The notes: a model not told the origin generated them from the letters alone. Shown: positions 27,100-41,087, numbered from the stretch's first letter. The stretch: DNA of 64,000 nt from Octopus vulgaris (GCA_951406725.2 OX597819.1:34596001-34660000), one strand, 5' to 3'. Made by a program: numbers and translations.

Positions 27100-27436
27100 C
27101 TTCATCATCATCATTATTTAATGTTTGTTTTCTAGTGTTGTATGGGCTGAATGGTTTGAAAGGATCTGACAAGCTGCAAGACTGCCTCAAGCTTCAATGT
27201 CAGCTTTTCTATGATTAAATACCCTTCCTAATATCAAACACTTTACAGAGTGTACGGGATCTTTTTGTTTTTGTTTTTTCTTGGATGGTGGTGGTGAGTT
27301 ATTTTTTGTGCCACTGATACTAGAGGGACTCCAAGTAACTTGCAAGACAACATTCTATGTGTATTACAAAACAAGTAACAAAAAATAGAGCAAGCTTACC
27401 ATTTCAAATATATCCACGTTTTAAAGAGAGTCCTAG

Positions 27437-28272
27437 TTAAAGTTTGCTGCTCTCCATAAGAAAGTGATAGAGCCGTTCAGTATGATTCGGAATAAACTGA
27501 ATGAACAGATACCTCACCACATACTGCATGAGGTACTTACACCTCATCCCAGGTCTCCGAACAATTTCCTTCACACTTCTCCAAAGTCTTTCAACAGTCT
27601 GAGTATGAATACTTTGATTGTCAGGATCAACAAAATATTCACTAAGATTGATCTGGTAATGGCTAAACCCATATTCCATGAGTCTCATGTATGCCCGTCA
27701 ACAGTCACTAAAATCACTGACCCCGGCTAAGCATGATGAATGAAAAGAGGAATAAGAGTTGCAGTATCCCTTGACTTGCCCTCATCACAATCAGAAGATA
27801 AAGGCACCATGAATGTTTTTTCTGAAACTCTTTAAATTCCACCGAACAACCATGCCAATTTTACTCATCACCCCCCAGTTGTATTTGCGGTGGACAATAA
27901 CTGTTTCATCAACTTCAATTTCAATGCCTGAACCTCCAATTTTGTCTTGTACCTCTTCCAGCCAATATTGACAAACCTCACGGCAAAACGACCATCAGAT
28001 GTATGTAAACTTATATCAAGGTTTTCAACCATAATCCTGCGATTCCATGTCCGGTCAAGAAAATGATTAATGCACAAGAGTACTTTCCAGGTAGGAATAT
28101 GTGCTCTCTCCAAAAAGGTATTCTGGCAGTTGGAAACAGTGAAACCACATTCTCCTCTTGGATGATGAGGACAAGACACAATCTTTCGACATCTCCATGT
28201 GTTAATGTCAGCACACAAAAAAACTTGGTGAGTGATAACATGGACATTCTGCAGAATTTGGTAGAACTCCAT
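27437..28272 (-). pseudogene. Merlin / IS1595 (ISXO2-like) DDE transposase pseudogene
   Basis: Motifs KIGGSGIEIEVDETVIVHRKYNWG (27870-27950) and HYQINLSEYFVDPDNQSIHTQTVERLW; frameshifted. Confidence 0.85.
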
Positions 28273-28329
28273 GTTGTAGTATTGTAATTTAGCATAGAAT
28301 GTTGGGTGAAGGTAAAGTGTGTGCATGCT

Positions 28330-28400
28330 GGTTAGTGTTAGGGCTACTTTTAGGGTTAGAGTAAATTTTAGGCTTAGTTTTGGGGTTAGGGTTAGGTGGT
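28330..28400 (+). repeat. Degenerate TTAGGG-like repeat tract upstream of the Merlin transposase
   Basis: ggttagtgttagggc...tttagggttagag...ggggttagggttagg. Confidence 0.75.
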
Positions 28401-29377
28401 GTGCACACGTTTTACCTTTGTCCATAACCATCATAAAAATGTGAATATCTCTGAAACAGTTAGTTTGCCCTAATTTTTATTGCGTTTTTCGTAGCAGCCA
28501 AATCTCCCTCAAAACTCAATTTTTCGTCTTAAAAAAAAATGCCTAAGAACAGTGGATAATGTAGTTCTAGATACCTTTAAACAGATGGAATTGTCACAGC
28601 TCAATAGTCTTTGATCATAGGTCTGTTCAATCAGGGTTGAGCTGTTAAACATGAAACGGTTGCCTATCACACACGCACACACATGTATGTATATGTCTAT
28701 GTATTTCTTTGTGAGAGAGAGTAGCAGTATTCTTTTGTTTTTAACCGTATGTACCATAATAATGACGGTTCTATCACATTCGATTAAAGACAATTTCAAC
28801 TCTGGTGAAATTCGGACTAAAAAAGTCATAAATATCAACCACTATAAAATACCATTCTCTTTCGTAGTCTAGCTTTCAACTAATTTATAAAAACCAGTCA
28901 TGCTCATCTAGATATTGAGCTGATCGACACTGAAGACTTTATTAACGTCCGTCAACTGCCATGAAGTGTAAATCACACAATAGGCACACTGGACAAAAAT
29001 AACATAAAAGACAAGCTTGTTTAGAAAGAGTGAAGAGTAAATATGAATCGAAACTAAAACTATTGAGATTGATGCATTCTTTCAGTTTGTGATCCTAAAG
29101 TGAAACTAATTTGATCAGCAATCTCCATAAATTTTAGTAGATTAAACATCAGTAAAACGAAACTATATGATGACATTTCTGTTTGTAGTACAGCTTAAAG
29201 ATTCGAATGCATTAGAATTGTAGAAGTAAGGGCCAGTGTTGAAACAATAGGGTTGCCATATGCTGTATTTTCCAGGACAAGTCCTGGATTCAGGTTCAAA
29301 CAAATACAATACTAAAGGCCCAAAGTGAGTGTTGGGAGTTTAGATGTGCCATCCTCAATTTCAATGAAGATTTGAAA

Positions 29378-29414
<37 letters not shown>

Positions 29415-29416
29415 GG

Positions 29417-29488
29417 GGCTTCCATGGTGTACATGGAGGCTACGGTTATGGTTCCTGCAATGAGGAGGGAACCAGGCTGCTGGAGTTC
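29417..29488 (+). pseudogene. RTE LINE apurinic endonuclease fragment
   Basis: Translates GFHGVHGGYGYGSCNEEGTRLLEF, matching the GxxGxGxxNxxGxxLLEF APE motif. Confidence 0.75.
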
Positions 29489-30045
29489 ATTATCATCATC
29501 ATCATCATCGTTTAACGTCCGTTCTCCATGCTAGCATGGGTTGGACGGTTCGACCGGGGATCTGGGAAGCCAGAAGGCTGCACCAGGCTCCAGTCTTATC
29601 TGGCAGTGTTTCTACAGCTGGATGCCCTTCCTAACGCCAACCACTCCGTGAGTGTAGTGGGTGCTTTTTACGTGCCACCTGCACAGGTGCCAGGGGAGGC
29701 TGGCAACGGCCACGGTCGGATTGGTGTATTTTATGTGCCACCGGCACGGAAGCCAGACGAGGTGGAGCTGGCATCGGCCACGAGTCGGATAGTGCTTTTT
29801 ACGTACCACCAGACCAGGGATCCTGGCTGGTTCAATTCGATTTCGATTTCGCTTGCCCCAACATGTCTTTGCAAGCAAAGGGGGTTGGCATGGGTGCCTG
29901 TCGTCGGATGAGGTTCTATATCGACTTCGCTGGCCTCAACAGGTCTTTGTGTCCAAGGGAGGAAAGGCATTCATAAGTGGGCTGGGCTCACTTGTCCTGC
30001 CTGGTCTTCTCACATACAGAGTATTTCCAAAGGTCTTGGTCGCTG
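29489..30045 (-). mobile_element. RTE LINE 3' end reaching the ORF stop
   Basis: tcacttgtcctgcc...tcttctcac matches the ORF end at 50079. Confidence 0.88.
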
Positions 30046-30209
30046 CTGCGATGCAAATGATCTTATGGTTTGCAATACTAACTTTGGGAAACCTTCCAGT
30101 CACCTAGTCACCTACCGATCTGGCAGACACACTAGCCAAATTGATTACATCCTTGCTAGAAAAAGGGAAAGATGGCTGCTTATAAATGCCAAAACCTTCC
30201 CGCACACAC

Positions 30210-30490
30210 ACACTATAGCCTCAGGCTGACCAAAGCCTTGTGAGTGGATTTCATACACGAAAACTGAAAGACAACTGTCGTATATGTTTGTGTCTGTGTT
30301 TGTTCCCCCACCAACGCCTGACAACCAATGTTGATGTGTTTACGTTCCTGTGATTTAGCAGTTCAGCAAAACACACCGATAGAATAAGTACCAGGCTTAC
30401 AAAGAATAAATCCTGAGTTCAATTACTTCAACTAAAGGTGAGGCTCCAGAATGGCCACAGTTACATGATTGAAGCGAGTAAGACAATATA
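30210..30490 (+). mobile_element. SINE family C, 5'-truncated
   Basis: Family C body and tail. Confidence 0.8.
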
Positions 30491-31159
30491 AAACTATACC
30501 ATTTTAATCCTGAGCAATGCTTGGTATCTCTGCTAGTCTCTCAAAGTATGTATTGCAGCAACAGTTTCGGCTAACACTCTATTTTACACTCATGTCAAAC
30601 ATCAAAATATACTTGAGACTGCTGACTTACACACAAAGATCGTTTTCTTTAGAGGATATGTCTCTTATCAAAGATTTCTCGTGACAAATTCTTTTAGTAT
30701 ACATCCACATCTCATCCACATGATGCAAGTCTTCAGTGAACTTTATATCCTGACCACACTAAGACAAAGTCAAATGTATCACAGATTTTGCAAAAGTGTC
30801 TTGCATATTTACTGTTACTCATTTTCTCTTTTCTATTAACATTCGAAACTTGAGTTGCTGAACTGCCTAAAATTTGCAGAAGTTTCTTGTGTATTTCCTG
30901 TTAATCCTTCTCTTTTCTATTAACATTTGAAACTTGAGTAGTTGATTGTCCTGTGTATCACAAGTGATACACCGGACATATTTCCCTGGTGTTCAGGCTT
31001 CATATCTGATACACATTACTTTTTTTTTAACCCCCAGAGTGACTTGGGACTTATGAGATGTAACTGACATTTTACTCAAAGCATATGAAACAAGGACTAA
31101 TTAAAAGTCATGAAAATGATCTTGACAAGCAAAGGGTTCAAAACAATTGCCATGCTTTG

Positions 31160-31612
31160 TTAATACTGGTTTCAAATTTTGGCACAAGGCCAGTAATTTA
31201 GTGGGTGGGGGTAAGTCAATTACATCAACCTCAATGCTCAACTGGTTCTTACTTTATCAACTCCAAAACAATGAAAGGCAATGTCGACCTTGGATTGAAT
31301 TTGAACTTGTATCATACAGATGGACAAAATGTCACTCAGCATTTTGCTCAGCAATCTAACACCTTATGCTTTGTTGATATCAATCCAGGAAAATGTGACA
31401 AGCTGGCAGAGTCATTAGCACGCTGGTCAAAAGTGCTTAGCTGCATTTCGCCTGTCTTTAAGTTCTGAGTTCAAATGCTGCCAAGGCCGACTTTGCCTTT
31501 CATCCTTTCAAGATCGATAAAATAAGTACCAATTGAGCACAGGGATTGATGTAATCAATTTATCCCTTCTTCCGAAATTGCAGGGCCTTGTGTCAAACTT
31601 TGAAACCAATAT
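31160..31612. mobile_element. Two head-to-head SINE family D copies (31160-31360 -, 31400-31612 +)
   Basis: agctggcagagtcattagc...gagttcaaat...gcctttcatcctt...gataaaataagtacc. Relatives at 42319, 44770 and 62880. Confidence 0.75.
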
Positions 31613-32565
31613 TAACCAAGGAATGTAATTTGATGACAATCCGGCCAGTATTCTTCCATCTCACTACTAGTTTCACTTTCATGCTTTGATATTCCCCTTT
31701 TACAGGAGTGGTTATATTGTCACTTCACCTCAAAACCAAAATCCAGGAAAAAATACATATCACAGAAAAAAATCAAATCATTGGACGGGAGAATCACAAG
31801 ACTGTGGCAGAGTTTCTTTGTGGTATCGGCTGCAATATTCATCTTAATCATCAACGTGAAAAATACTGAATATACATGTAATGCCACGATACTATGTAAG
31901 GTGTTTCCAGTCTTTGCATGTCATGTATTTTCAATAAATGATTGACTTAAAATGCTTTTGCCTCATTATTTTACTTAGCTTTAAAAATTGAATGAAAGGT
32001 TCTTTTTCCCCTCTATGCATAATGCCATCATATATAACTTGTATAAAAGTCATGTATTGTCAGTTGATAACTGATCTGAAGTATTTTTGTCTTATTGTTT
32101 ATAGTCTTTAAATAAAATGTGATTTTTTTTTCCCCCAGGCCCCTGGAAACCACCTACTTTTGATGAGATAAATACTTTCACTTTCTGAAACTCTGGGAAT
32201 GAAGAAGCACCAACATGACACTTCCATGGGGAAAACTGAAAATTTTAAGTCTCTGGAAAATATAATTTGTATAGGGTTTGCTGGGTTAATTTAAAATAAA
32301 TTTCTATTTTTGGAGATAATTAAATTATATGAATACAGAAAGAAAATTGAAAAAAAAAAATACTGAGTTCATAAAGAATAAAGACTCACATGCACTTTTA
32401 AAATTCAAATTCCTTTCAAGTTTCTTTTGTCGTTAATATTTTGCTCATTAATACTGTTGTTCTTTTGCGTTAGCCCTCGTAAAATCCTATCCTTCTATCC
32501 GATTATACATTACAACATGAATATAGAATGAATAACTGCTCCTATCAGCATTATTATAATTATTG

Positions 32566-32621
<56 letters not shown>

Positions 32622-33179
32622 GTTGTTATTGTTGTTGTTATTGTTATTATTATTATTATTTTAAGTTAGCTTTCATCTATTGTGAATTTTGAAGCAACAT
32701 TTTCCCATCATTTCATTCACAAAATAAAGTTACACCCATCCAGCCCCAACCAAACGTGTTTGTGTGTGTGTGAATATGTGCTGCGTGTATGTGTGTGTAA
32801 TATTCTATTTCAGTGGAAAATGTTGTCAATCTTTGTGTAAAAGTGCAAATAGCTGTCGATAAGAATTAACTTTGATCTTGAATAATGTTGTTTTGATGTG
32901 GAAGAGTATATTATATTGCATATAGCCAAGTTTTGACAACTTTAACTGAGACCTACTAATAATATAATGTAGTGATATGAGAGGCATTGCATTGCAGAAT
33001 TTAAATTGCCACTAGAAACAGACTTTCATCAATATACACACAGATACCTACATATACATATATACATACACATATATATATATATATATAAATGTACATA
33101 CACACACATATATAAATATACATAAACACACACATATAAATATACACAGACATATAGATACATAGACATAAAACATACA

Positions 33180-33218
<39 letters not shown>

Positions 33219-33221
33219 TAT

Positions 33222-33475
33222 TGTGTCTGGGGAGAGTCATTCTGTTTTAATACCTTATTAATTAACACACCTGTTCGATTTCCACTCATTTATTTACTAT
33301 TAAAAAAAATAATAACAAAATAAATAAATTTTTTTTTAAATAAGTAAATGAGTGGAAATCAGACCTGTGGGTGTGTTAATTAATGAGGCATTAAAAGAGA
33401 ATGACTCTCCCCAAACACAGCAAAATATACAACACACAAATTCACATAAAAAATCTTGCAAACTAAATATAAAAT
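33222..33475. mobile_element. Fold-back element related to 26721-27012
   Basis: tgtgtctggggagagtcattct ... agaatgactctccccaaacaca palindrome plus the aatcttgcaaac tail. Confidence 0.65.
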
Positions 33476-33481
33476 AAAGTG

Positions 33482-33515
<34 letters not shown>

Positions 33516-34289
33516 AGCACAAATATATGCCGTTATATGTGTATATAAATATACAAAATGGAACTACAATGCAATAGAGGACAATAAAACATTGAGACAG
33601 ATAGATGATACAAAGGCAGACAGAAGACACAATTAGGACAGGGAAAAAAAGGATGGGTCGTTCATGGCCTTCTTTCTTCAGTCAAGTTACCAGATATCCT
33701 TACTGTTTCAGGTAGTTACACTTGATACAGTTCGATCTGGTTGCCCCAAAAAAAGTCTAAGCTAAGAGCATTAGATTTTTTGTAAGAAAGCTAGCAAATG
33801 TGTATGGGAACAAAGATGAAAAACAGAGAACATGATACACAATTACAAATACAAACAACATGAATATAACAACAGGTGTCTTTCGACTGAGAAAGAGTCA
33901 AATTGAGCTGGTGTGAATGAAGTGAAAGCCTAAAGGTAGGAACATAGGAGATGGACATAAGAGGTGTTGGCGGTCGGCAGTTAGGCAAAGAAAGAAAGAT
34001 CATGGCTGGCCGGACACTGATCACGTGGAAGGAGAGAAGGGTAAGTGGCAGCAGGATTGAAGGATTAGGGAAAAATCAAAGAGACAAAGGGAAAGGTACA
34101 GGGGAGATAAACGAGGAAGAAAAGTAGGAGTTGAAGAAAGAGAGGGCCAAGAAATATGAGAGAGAGGGGGAGCAAGAAAAAGAAAAGAGGAAGAAAGTAT
34201 GAGAGGACAAAAGATAGAGTAAAGCGTCATCAAAATTTAGATACATGCTTACTATTAGGTGAGCATAGGTGTGTATGTACACCACTATA

Positions 34290-34632
34290 TCTTTATATAT
34301 AAAAGTGAAGTTGTGTGTCTGTCTCCTACGATTTAGATTCCTAACTACTCCCACATTTTGCAGTGCAGTTTAACCAAAACCGGGTATCTTATAGTCGTGA
34401 TTCATATCGAGCCCTTCTAGGTATTAGCGTGCGTCTACGATGAGTCTACGATTTTAAAAATAATTTACCATCATTTTTTTCCATTTTAATGCATTTTTTC
34501 GCTATTATATAAGGGAAGTAACTCTCTAAAAACGTCTACGATGAGTCAACGATTTTTAAAAAAATTTACCATCATTTTCTTTCCATTTTTAATGCATTTT
34601 TTTGCTATTTTTTGGCTATAACTCTCTACTAG
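34290..34632 (+). mobile_element. Non-autonomous Helitron (8390 family) with internal duplication
   Basis: Nearly identical first ~240 bp; the gtctacgatgagtc...taactctcta unit occurs twice; ends CTAG|T. Confidence 0.85.
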
Positions 34633-35187
34633 TATATAAATATAAAGAACGGAACTAAAATGGAGGACAATAAAATATTTGAACAGATGGATGATAAAAA
34701 GGCGGACAGGAGAAACAACAATTAGAAGGACAGGGGGAAAAAAGGATAGGTCATTCGTAGCCTTCCTTTTTTCAATTATGAACACAATGTTTGTTGCAAA
34801 TAATTAAACAGTACATCAGCAACTTCTTATCTCACCATAGATGAGAAACGTAGGATCGCTCTAATTTCTAGTGTATAGTGCATGATTAATCAACTAAGTA
34901 AACACAGGCTCAAAACATGTACTGTTATGCAAATTAGATAAACTTGCTTAGCAGTATCTGAGTTTGCATATACTATTAATAACTACTAATCTCTCTCTGT
35001 ACTGAGGAGACTGTTCGCTGGTGAAGCTCCAAGGAAACTAGAAACTGGTCAGATCCATCCCGCTTTTCTTGCCACAGCAAGGTTAAAAAGTTTTGGTGCA
35101 TCCACTTGGTTTGCTGCTCACAGTAACGATAAAATTGCATACTTACTACAAAAGGAATACCTAAGATTATGAGTGTGTGAGAGAGAA

Positions 35188-35248
<61 letters not shown>

Positions 35249-36535
35249 TAGTTTAAAAACAAAAGGAAAAGTACTTAAAACTGAAGTAGAATATAGATAT
35301 TTCTTATAGTGTTGTGATTACTCCGTCAATTTCACAAAGGTAATATTCATAGAATTCTGTGTAGTAACAGAGAATGATACCAACACTTCATATAGATATA
35401 TAGGTATGAAGTTACATAGTCGCTTGACCTGCTAGAAACAGCAACAAAATCTCCCTCAAATTACACCATATTGTCTTAAAACAGAAAGGCATTGTTGGAC
35501 GATGTAATCCAAGGTAAAACTATGTTTATAAAAAAGGATGAATGGTCATGGCTGGCATGGCTAGGATACCTTTGATCATAAGTTTGCACAAAGCACAGCT
35601 GGCCAAAAGCCAAGCAACAATAACATTAAAAGATGTATATCTGCTCTTGTTACAAATATTTCTTAAATGATTGCTTTATTAGTGAGATAGATTTTCTATA
35701 AATGTAACATCATGGTAGACAATTGGCAGAATAATCAGAGCATTAAAAAAATGCATTACAATTCTAGTACATTGTGTTCTGAGTTCAAATCCCACCAAAG
35801 TCAACTTTGCCTTTCATCCTTCTGGGATACATAAATAAAGGACAGAGAGATTTTTGATATTCTTACTTCATCATTATTTTTACTTGTGTCAGGATTTTTA
35901 CACAGAGGATATTTTAGTTTCACCTTATGCAATTTATTCTGCTCCATCAGAAATTTTAGTTCTGACTAATTGTCTGTGAGACATTTTTTTTATTAGATTG
36001 ACAAAAAAAAAAAACATGGCCATTTTAGATTCCTCATTATCATGTGTGTTATTTTAACCAATCAGAAACTAGTATTCAGCTGAACCACTTTTGGACTATA
36101 TTGTAAAAAAATAATTTTCATTTGCTCTTGGCATCATCCGACACCAGAAATGTCTGTCTCTGATTATGATTTTCATTTACAACCAACCATATATATAAGC
36201 TTTTACTTTGCTATCACATTTTATTTTCTCTCTTCTTTGGTCTAAATTCATTTATCTCACTTTTCTTTTTATCTCTGGCCATTTATCTTCTTCCACACAT
36301 TCTACAACACAAATTATTCCATTAACACAAAATATGAAAATATTAATGTATATTTTCCAAAGCACTTCTCCAACATACATTATCAAGTTGATTATCGATG
36401 TACATTTTCTCAAACACATTTAGTCTAAATTTCACATCTTATTTTAGAAAACAATCAAGGCAAAGTTTGAATATTTCAATCCTGTTGTATCTTAACTTGC
36501 ATTCTCAAACTACATGCTGTGTGATTATTATTATA

Positions 36536-36586
<51 letters not shown>

Positions 36587-37307
36587 GCATTATTTTTACC
36601 AACAAGATCCATTATGATCTAACTTTTAGTTGTCATTCAGGAAATAAAAGGAAAAAATTAAACACAAGCAATTTTTGTAATATTCAAGAACATTCTTTTA
36701 ATTTACTACATTAGTATGGCTTGACTATGCTCAACATATGTGGTTTGTGTCAACAGAATTCTTTACTGTTGCTGTCAGCTTTGTTACTGTATTCCTACTT
36801 CACTCTAACAACATATATGCAAGCAAGCTGTTCTTCGGCTGAGCAGTGACTCAATGTTTCTGCAGAAATTTAAAAGGTTAAATTAACAAAGGACCAGTTA
36901 AAATTATCATTTTTTTGTTTTTAAGTATCAATTGATGCAATACTTATAAACAAAGTAAAAAGTTTTAAAATAAATTTTTCTACCTCACATCCAATAAATC
37001 ATTTGAAGGTCAGCCTTTATCTCTTGAATGAATTGTTTATGGAGTAAAGCTGCTATGAAGGTTAAAGTGCTAAACGTGTTATGAGGCACCCCTAAACAAA
37101 ATTTTGTTTATTTGAATGGTTAAGGGAGAGAATTTCAGGTGTCCTTAGATTAGAAGACAAAGATATTCAAGTGAGATTAGAACAATTGATGTAATTTGAA
37201 TCATCGTTGTTGAAAGGAAAACATTGACAAGAAAAGAATCACATATAGGATTGAGAAGAAACTTAGGGAGGATAGGATTAGGGTTTAATTTGCAGATAGA
37301 TACAACA

Positions 37308-37745
37308 GTCATCATCATCATCATTATTTAACGTCCGTTTTCCATGCTAGCATGGGTTGGACGGTTTTGACTGAGGGCTGGCAATCAGATGGCTGCACCA
37401 GGCTCCAGTCTTGATCTGGCAGAGTTTCTACAGCTGGATGCCCTTCCTAATTCCAACCACTCCGAGAGTGTAGTGGGTGCTTTTTACGTGCCACCTGCAG
37501 TCAGGTGGTACTGGCAATGACCTCGCTCGAATCTTTTTACACGTGCCACCAACACAGGTGCCAGTGAAGTGACGTTGGTAATGATCACGCTCAAATGGTG
37601 CCATTTTAAGTGCTACGGGTACGGAAGCCAGTTGGCTGCTCTGGCAACGATCACAACGATCACGCTCGGATGGTGTTCTTGGTGCCCTACTAGCACAGGC
37701 ATAAGTGCCAGTAAGGCGATGCTGGTAACGATCATACTCGAATAG
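37308..37745 (-). mobile_element. RTE LINE 3' end
   Basis: Family 3' terminus. Confidence 0.85.
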
Positions 37746-38582
37746 TGGAAAAGAAAAATAGGATAAAGGGCTTATAATAATATTTGGTGAGGGTGAGGGC
37801 AGAAAACAATGAGTTTTATGAGAAGAAAAAGAGATTGCACAGTACATTAATTACCAAGCTTAGCTAAGTGTATCTACAGAGCCTAACACATGATTAGGTT
37901 TCCTTTGAATGAAACCTTGAATGTAAGAACATGTATCATCCTAGATATGTAATCACTTCTAATAGAGGATGGATCTGTATTTAGTTAATAGTTAGCAACC
38001 AATTTCAATAATATATTTGTTTTTCTTTTGCTGAGCGGAAGAAAAGTGAGCTTATTTCTGTGATGTAGGTCTGGCTATATGGATACAAAACAAGTGAAAA
38101 AAAATAATATTGTTGAACACTCTAGTGGATAATGTTATGAATTAGAAGGAATATTGACCTTTGAGTCATTTGAGGATTTGATTAAGAAATGTCAATCAAC
38201 TTGTATTGCAATAGTGTATCCAATATATCTCTAACATACAGAGACAAAGGTATGTGAATATTTGTGTATTCATTTCGAATGAGACTAGAAACAAAAAGAA
38301 TGCCTCTTTGTTTCAGAGAATGATTATGGAACTATACTGCACATATTTGACTTTGTAAATTCATCATCATCATTTAATGCCTATTTTCCATGATGGCAAG
38401 GGTTGGATGGTTTAACTGGAGCTGGTAAGGCCAGGGGCCCCACCAAGCCCCATTGTCTGTTCTGGCATGATTTCAATGGTTTGATGCCCTTCCTAATGCC
38501 AACCACTCCTCAGAGTGTACTGAGTGCTTTTTATGTGGAGCCAGCACTGGTATCAGTTCTACTGTGATGGACAGCTGGCATA

Positions 38583-40700
38583 ATCATCATCATCATCATC
38601 ACCATCATCATTATTTAACATCTGTTGTCCATGCTGATATGGGTTGGACAGTTTGACTAGGGCTGGCAAGCTGAAAGGCTGCACCAGACTCCATGCTGAT
38701 TTGGCACGGATTCTATGAGTGCCATTTGCATGACACTGTGATTTTACTTGGCTTGATGGGTCTTCTTCTCAAGCACGACATAATGCCAAAGGTCTCAGTC
38801 ATTGCCTCCATGAGGCCCAACACTCAAAAGCATCTCAGTAAATTTGCTTCCATGAGGCCCAAAGCTTGAAAGGTACTTTCTACATACCACCAGCACAGGT
38901 GCCAGTTATGTGACATCAGCATCAGCCACGACTATAATTTCATTTGGCTTGATGAGTCTTCTCAAGCACAGCAAATTGCCAAAGGTCTCGGTCATTAGTC
39001 ATTGCCTCTGTGAGGCCCAAAGTTCAAAGATCATGCTTCACCACCTCATCCCACAAGTTCCCTCCACAGTTAGAGATTAGCACTTCTTTACACAGCTGTC
39101 TTCATCCATCTGCATTATATGACCATACCAGCACAGTCATCTCTCTTTCCCACTATATCTGATGCCTCTTATGCCCAACTTTTCTTTCGAGATGCTTACA
39201 CTCTGTCAAACATGCACACTGACATTACACATCCAGCAAAGCATACTGGCTTTATTTATTTCAAGCATATGCATAGCCTCAGCCGTCACAGCATGTCCTC
39301 AGCATGTTTGCACACAGGCATCATACAATCTGCCTTTCACTCTGAGAGAGGCCCTTTGTTGCCAGCAATGGTAGGAGTTCTCTGAATTTTGCCCAGCCTC
39401 ACAGCTATGCTCTCGGAGTATCCACTTCCACTACTAACTTGGTCACCTAGATAACGGAAGCTATCTGCTACCTCTAGCTTACCCCACTGGCAGTTGATGG
39501 AGTCTATTTTTTGTACATTTTCAGTATTTATTGAACTTGAGCATCTTCCACACACAAAAGCCATTTTCCCTGTTAACCTTCCTCTAACATCACTGCACCT
39601 CTAATGTGTCCAAAGCTTACATTGGGTGCATCTTAGGAAGTTTCTACCTATGCCTTTTCTACAAATCGAACAGGGCCATCTACCTGAAGGGATTTGTAAT
39701 TTATCTGCCTACTTACTAAGATTTTGGTTTTTGTTAGGTTAACTCTAAGGCCCTTCAATTCTAAACCTTACTTCCATACCTGGAACTTCTTCTCTAGTTC
39801 TGGTTGTAATTCAGCTATAAGAACAAGGGCATCAGCACACAGGAGCTCCTAGGGGTAGCCTGTCTTGAATTCCTCTTTTATTGCCCAGAGAATTATGATG
39901 AACAAAAGGGGGCTGTGGACTGATCCTTGATGAACACCTACTTGTGCCCTGAATTCTTCACTGTACTCATTGCCAACCCTCACCTTACCAGTAATATCCC
40001 CATACATGGCTTGTACAGCTCTTACTAACCTCTCGTCTATCCCTAGTTTCTACATTGACCACCAGATAAGGGATTGGGGAACCCTGTCAAAAGCTTTCTC
40101 CAAGTCAACAAAAGCCAAGAATAGAGGTTTATCTTTGGGTATGTATCTCTCCTGAAGCTGCCTTACAACAAATATAGCATCAGTGGCACTTCTCCCTGGC
40201 ACAAAACCAAACTGCATCTCACCTAGACTAACTCTGTTCCTAATTAGTTGGGCTATGACCCTCTCCATAACTTTCCTCACCTGATCCAACAATTTGATAC
40301 CTCTGTAAATATTTCTATCTAAGGCATCACCTTTACCTTTGTGATAGTTGACTATGGTACTGCTACACCAGTATGGATATGACTTCTGCATGAACTACCT
40401 GATTTACAAAACAGATGACTAGATCATAACCCACACCTCTAGATATTTTAAGCCTCTCAGCAGTGGTTCCTGACAAACCAAAGGCTTTCACTGTCTTCAT
40501 ATCCTTAATTAATTTATCTATCAAGATATTGTCGATTTGGATAGGTGGTTCCTCAGTTGGGTCAACATTTGACAGACTCTCCTCCTCCCATTCATTCTCC
40601 AAATTCAGTAGTCTTTCATAATGGCATTTCCAAATCTCTTTCTTTGCAGAATCATTAAATGCAAGTGCACATCATCCACGTGGACACATTTCTCTCCTAT
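38583..40700 (-). mobile_element. RTE-clade LINE, 5'-truncated, decayed reverse transcriptase
   Basis: KGKGDALDRNIYRGIKLL, QFGFVPGRSATDAIF, AFVDLEKAFDRVP, ELLCADALV (decayed YADD), LEVADSFRYLG; 3' UTR and (GAT)n tail. Confidence 0.93.
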
Positions 40701-41035
40701 TATAAAATATTAATTTTATACTGATTAAAATTAGTTATATTTAAAGAAGGAATTGAGATTTATTTTCTTGAATTCTAATCTGTTTAACATCATCCCAAAG
40801 TAAACAAAAACTTTCTAAAATATGATGAGATATGGAAATATAGAAAACAAGATTTTACCATCATATCACAAATATGACACTTGCATTAAATTCGAATTGG
40901 AGACAAATCAGATTTAAAATAAATTAACGTTTAGTCAAATCATTTATAAGTTTAATAATATGGAATATTCATCACCAATGGTAATGTAATAAAATAAACA
41001 AATATCATATATGTAATATGAATACATAATATTTA

Positions 41036-41087
<52 letters not shown>

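Noticed and set aside
28330-28400. True telomere or chromosome fusion site
   Set aside because: Short, degenerate, single orientation and adjacent to a transposase.
30540-30830. Possible BED-finger relic (FCKICDT, minus strand) with a tagggttgcca terminus near 29249
   Set aside because: Too degraded, and no matching second terminus was found.
34920-34975. Octamer ATGCAAAT with an inverted near-copy
   Set aside because: No associated snRNA or gene is visible; expected by chance.
36950-38340. Possible ancient RT relic (RYIGYTIAI on the minus strand near 38220)
   Set aside because: Multiple stops and only one marginal motif; needs a profile search.
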